Of a DNA stretch of 47,788 bases, positions 45,159-47,788 are shown one piece after another. Below the pieces are notes generated by a model. It searched no databases. It saw nothing but the letters and a program-made list of their open reading frames with translations, and was not told the origin of the DNA. This stretch comes from a virus (Duplodnaviria > Caudoviricetes). The DNA is taken from IMG/VR virus record IMGVR_UViG_3300010361_000016, positions 1 through 47,788 of that record; one strand, given 5' to 3'. Each line of letters opens with the position of its first letter. The stretch's first letter is position 1. Made by a program: the position numbers and the translations under genes.

Positions 45159-46142
45159 TCATGCCACCTCGCCCATCGTGAGCTGGCGGATGCGGCCTGG
45201 CAGCACCAGGGGGATGCGCGGGTCATCGGACCTGATCCCGAAGTCAGCGAGCGCGGCCAGGATCACCTTGTGCATCACCGCGCCCTGGGTCTCCGCCAGC
45301 CGGACTAGGCGCTCCTCGATGTTCGCCCTGAGTGCGGCTTCACACGCGGAGTGGAGGGCACGCTCGCGCTGTTCGCGCAGGGTCAGCCAGACTGACATCC
45401 GCGCGCCCTTGACGGTCTTCTTGCCGGGGAACTCACCGGAGTCGTTCTCCTCCTCGGTGAGCTTGCCCCAGACCAGCTCCTCGGCTTCGAGTGACCCGAT
45501 CAGCTCATCGAGACGCGCCACCTCGCCGGAGAGGACGCGGACGCGCCACAGCAGCGCTTCGGCAGGTCCGATGTCCATGGGCTCACCGGCCAGCGGATTC
45601 GCACGCTGCGCGATGGCGTTCAGGTGCACGGGGTCGGTGGCTAGGCGCTTCCCCACGTGCTGCTTGCAGCGCGCGTATCCGGCGACGGCGGGACCGTGGC
45701 AGATGCCGCGTCCGCGTGAGCGCATGGCAGTGCACTCATGGCGTTTGTGCTCCTCGCACCAGCGTCCGAGCTTGGGTGGCTTGAGCTGTTCTGGTGGCAC
45801 GTGGAGTTGCCCGGTGTGTAGCGGTGTGAGCCTGTTGAGGCCGAGTCGTCGTTCGAGGTCTGCGAGTTGTCTGCCGGTGCGTTCTTGGACGTCGAGTGCG
45901 GGGCTGGGTTTGGGTGTGCCGTCTGCGTCGATGAGGATGTCGGTCTGTGCGAGCAGGGCGGTGGCGCGCTGGTGTTCCTGGGTGAGTGCGACGATGCGGA
46001 GGAGCTGGTGTTCGTTGATGCGCGCGGTCATGCCTGCTGCGGTGATGACGCGGAGGTAGCCGTTCCAGATGGCGCGGCCTTCGGGGTTCATCCAGGCGGG
46101 GGGCTGCCAGTCAGGTGTCTCCGGGTCCGGTGTCGTCGTCAC
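45159..46142 (-). CDS. terS: terminase small subunit (P27-like N-domain plus HGGxSTG-like Zn finger/helical C-domain)
   Basis: PP.W...G..IW...P.PSPA.......LGL; C.A..SR...C..PA..G..RC..H.G; P.EALL...AL.A.IEER.VRLAE.QG. Confidence 0.7.
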   Translation of the reverse strand: MTTTPDPETPDWQPPAWMNPEGRAIWNGYLRVITAAGMTARINEHQLLRIVALTQEHQRATALLAQTDILIDADGTPKPSPALDVQERTGRQLADLERRLGLNRLTPLHTGQLHVPPEQLKPPKLGRWCEEHKRHECTAMRSRGRGICHGPAVAGYARCKQHVGKRLATDPVHLNAIAQRANPLAGEPMDIGPAEALLWRVRVLSGEVARLDELIGSLEAEELVWGKLTEEENDSGEFPGKKTVKGARMSVWLTLREQRERALHSACEAALRANIEERLVRLAETQGAVMHKVILAALADFGIRSDDPRIPLVLPGRIRQLTMGEVA

Positions 46143-46239
46143 GGTTCCCCCAGGTGAGTAGTCCGATGATGGTGAGTGCGCCGCCGAGGATGAGTACGGC
46201 GGCGAAGCCGATGGCGAGTGCGGTGAGGTCAGCGGTCAC
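46111..46239 (-). CDS. tiny membrane protein (42 aa, MTADLTALAIGFAAVLILGG...)
   Basis: Own translation; overlaps both neighbours. Confidence 0.5.
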   Translation of the reverse strand: MTADLTALAIGFAAVLILGGALTIIGLLTWGNRDDDTGPGDT

Positions 46240-46357
46240 GTCGTCTCCGGTCGCTGGTGATGGTGACGGTGATGACGATGGTGATGGCGATGAGGAGTCC
46301 GATGCCGATGCCGATGGTGATGTATCCGATGGGCGGGTAGGGGCTGGCGGTGTTCAT
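46229..46357 (-). CDS. tiny membrane protein (42 aa, MNTASPYPPIGYITIGIGIGLLIAITIV...RRRRDR)
   Basis: Own translation; ATGA-coupled; TM followed by a basic tail. Confidence 0.55.
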   Translation of the reverse strand: MNTASPYPPIGYITIGIGIGLLIAITIVITVTITSDRRRRDR

Positions 46358-46692
46358 GCGATGGGGTTGGGGTTGCCGTGGTCGTCGCCGTCGCGGGTGT
46401 GGTCGGGGGGGCGGGTGCGGCGTGCGGTGGTGTCTTCGTCATGTCCGGTGGCGGGGTCGTAGGCGGGTGGCCTGGTGTCGGGGGGTGGCTGTTCGATGGG
46501 GTGGTGGGGCCAGTAGGTTTGGCGGCGGCGGTCATCGAAGGTGCGCCCGCAGTTGCAGTGGGTGACTATGAGGTCGGTGGCGGGGTCTGAGTCGTCTGCT
46601 GGGTGCCTGTGGTGGACGGCGGGGTCGTAGTCTTCGGCGCGGATGGTGCGGGTGGTGGCGGGGTTGGTGCCGTCACAGGTCTGGGTGGTCAT
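46354..46692 (-). CDS. hypothetical protein (HCNCG motif)
   Basis: GAGGAGG RBS; operon-like overlaps. Confidence 0.6.
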   Translation of the reverse strand: MTTQTCDGTNPATTRTIRAEDYDPAVHHRHPADDSDPATDLIVTHCNCGRTFDDRRRQTYWPHHPIEQPPPDTRPPAYDPATGHDEDTTARRTRPPDHTRDGDDHGNPNPIA

Positions 46693-47185
46693 CGGTCCAG
46701 TCCTCCTCGGCTAGCAGGATGATGGCGGCGCTGTCTTCGGCTGGGGTGGTGGCGGCGGGGTCGGTGAATGCGTCTTTGGGGACGCATGGTTCGCCGTCGT
46801 TGTCGTAGCGTACGACGCCGCCGTGCAGCTTGTAGAGTTCGGCTCCGTGTGCTTCGCCGTGGAACATGTTGAGCATCATGGCTGTGCCGAGTTCGATGAG
46901 GAGTCCGGCGAGGAGCCGGAGTTTGTCGTCGGCGGTGAGGTGCGGGTCGTGCGGGATGTCTTTCATGCGGATGTAGTCGGGCATGAGTGCCTCCGGCGCG
47001 GGAGTGTGGTGCGGGAGGTGCGGGGCGATCTGTGACCAGGTGATTGCGATGATCTTGAGGGTGAGGAGCGCGGCGAGGTCGTCCAGGTTCGCGCCTAGCT
47101 GGTGGGTGCGGAGGATGTCCCTGGCTGCCTGCCATTGCGGGAGCAGGGGCTCCAGGTCGGCGGGTGTGAGCCGTGGCCTGGTCAT
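46673..47185 (-). CDS. hypothetical protein
   Basis: ATG 47185 coupled to the upstream stop. Confidence 0.65.
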   Translation of the reverse strand: MTRPRLTPADLEPLLPQWQAARDILRTHQLGANLDDLAALLTLKIIAITWSQIAPHLPHHTPAPEALMPDYIRMKDIPHDPHLTADDKLRLLAGLLIELGTAMMLNMFHGEAHGAELYKLHGGVVRYDNDGEPCVPKDAFTDPAATTPAEDSAAIILLAEEDWTDDHPDL

Positions 47186-47436
47186 GGGGGTGTGAGGTAC
47201 TGCGGCGGGTCGGGTATGCCGGCTTCGGTGGTGAGTGCCTGGGAGCGCAGCGGGGTTGCGATCATGAGGCCGTTGAGGGTGGCCCACCGGTGGGTGATCT
47301 GCCATGCGAGGTGTCCGTGGGGGTCTCGGATGCGGAGGTAGTGGGCGGTGACGCGCAGCCATCCGTCGCGGACTATGGCCTCGTCGGTGACGTAGACGCC
47401 GCAGGGGTGCCAGCGGTATTCGGTGGGTGCGCTCAT
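47182..47436 (-). CDS. hypothetical protein
   Basis: ATG 47436, ATGA-coupled. Confidence 0.6.
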   Translation of the reverse strand: MSAPTEYRWHPCGVYVTDEAIVRDGWLRVTAHYLRIRDPHGHLAWQITHRWATLNGLMIATPLRSQALTTEAGIPDPPQYLTPP

Positions 47437-47558
47437 GCCCTGTCCTCGCGTTCGCGTTTCTGTATCGTCTCCACGATGTACCAGCAGGACAGGTGCGGGC
47501 AGCCCTCCACCCACTCGTCCGCGTCACTGCTCCACGCGTGACACAGCGGCCCGGTCAT
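47433..47558 (-). CDS. small hypothetical protein (41 aa, MTGPLCHAW...CPHLSC)
   Basis: Own translation; ATGA overlaps at both ends. Confidence 0.5.
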   Translation of the reverse strand: MTGPLCHAWSSDADEWVEGCPHLSCWYIVETIQKREREDRA

Positions 47559-47788
47559 GCCGTGGCCTTGCGGTGCTGGCGTGCGTTCGGGCAGGTGGCG
47601 AAGTGGGAGCGGCCCAGGTGCTCGAAGGATTTCAGGTCGCGTCCGGCGTCGGCTTTGCGCAGGTACCTGTACCGGAGCACGCCGCCCACGTCGCGCCAGA
47701 CGATGAGGTTGCCGCCGGGGACGTCAGCGGAGTCGTGGTCGATGGGGTTGGTCTTGGTGCCGTCCTCGTTTGATGCCCAGTCGATTTC
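47555..47788 (-). CDS. conserved phage protein, 5' truncated (…GNL…SHFATCP.A)
   Basis: Open frame from the window edge; SHFATCP C-terminal motif. Confidence 0.65.
   Translation of the reverse strand, partial: EIDWASNEDGTKTNPIDHDSADVPGGNLIVWRDVGGVLRYRYLRKADAGRDLKSFEHLGRSHFATCPNARQHRKATA

Noticed and set aside
46255-46325. GATGGT/GATGCC microsatellite-like tract
   Set aside because: Explained by the Ile/Thr/Gly codons of a small membrane protein on the - strand
19005-47788. Long + strand ORFs opposite the structural genes (e.g. 24348-25292, 29474-30520, 45178-46059) and - strand ORFs opposite the early arm
   Set aside because: Shadow ORFs expected at high GC; Arg/Pro/His-biased, without RBS or motifs, and opposite well-supported genes

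Overview
This is a high-GC (roughly 70% by eye) tailed phage or prophage of an actinomycete, probably most of a siphovirus genome. Bases 1-82 are a poly-G sequencing artefact. Two arms diverge from a control region at about 520-975 and converge at about 18.7 kb. The + arm (975-18682) holds about 40 mostly small early genes: HTH, wHTH and RHH regulators, a YqaJ/RecE exonuclease plus RecT/Bet, an HNH nuclease, a DUF6011 protein, a lipoprotein and a thermonuclease. They sit in repeated cassettes with a shared promoter/hairpin/GAGAGAGG leader. The - arm (47788 to 18.6 kb) carries small genes, TerS, TerL, a portal-MuF fusion, a Mu I-like protease/scaffold, two DUF2190-like decoration genes, the major capsid protein, head-tail connectors, the major tail protein, a tail chaperone with a probable -1 frameshift, a tape measure with NlpC/P60 and lysozyme domains, carbohydrate-binding tail proteins, and a lysis cassette (lysin, holin) coupled to a secreted GH12-like glycosidase. 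A RepA-like initiator missing from the ORF track runs off the left end on the - strand, so the two ends probably join across a gap. No integrase, tRNA, CRISPR array or reverse transcriptase was recognised. The strongest leads are a 17-bp palindromic operator (ACTCCCG-N3-CGGGAGT) at six control points in both arms, modular hairpin-promoter cassettes carrying CRP-like boxes, and the GH12 in the lysis cassette. All functional calls are by-eye motif recognition; no searches were run.
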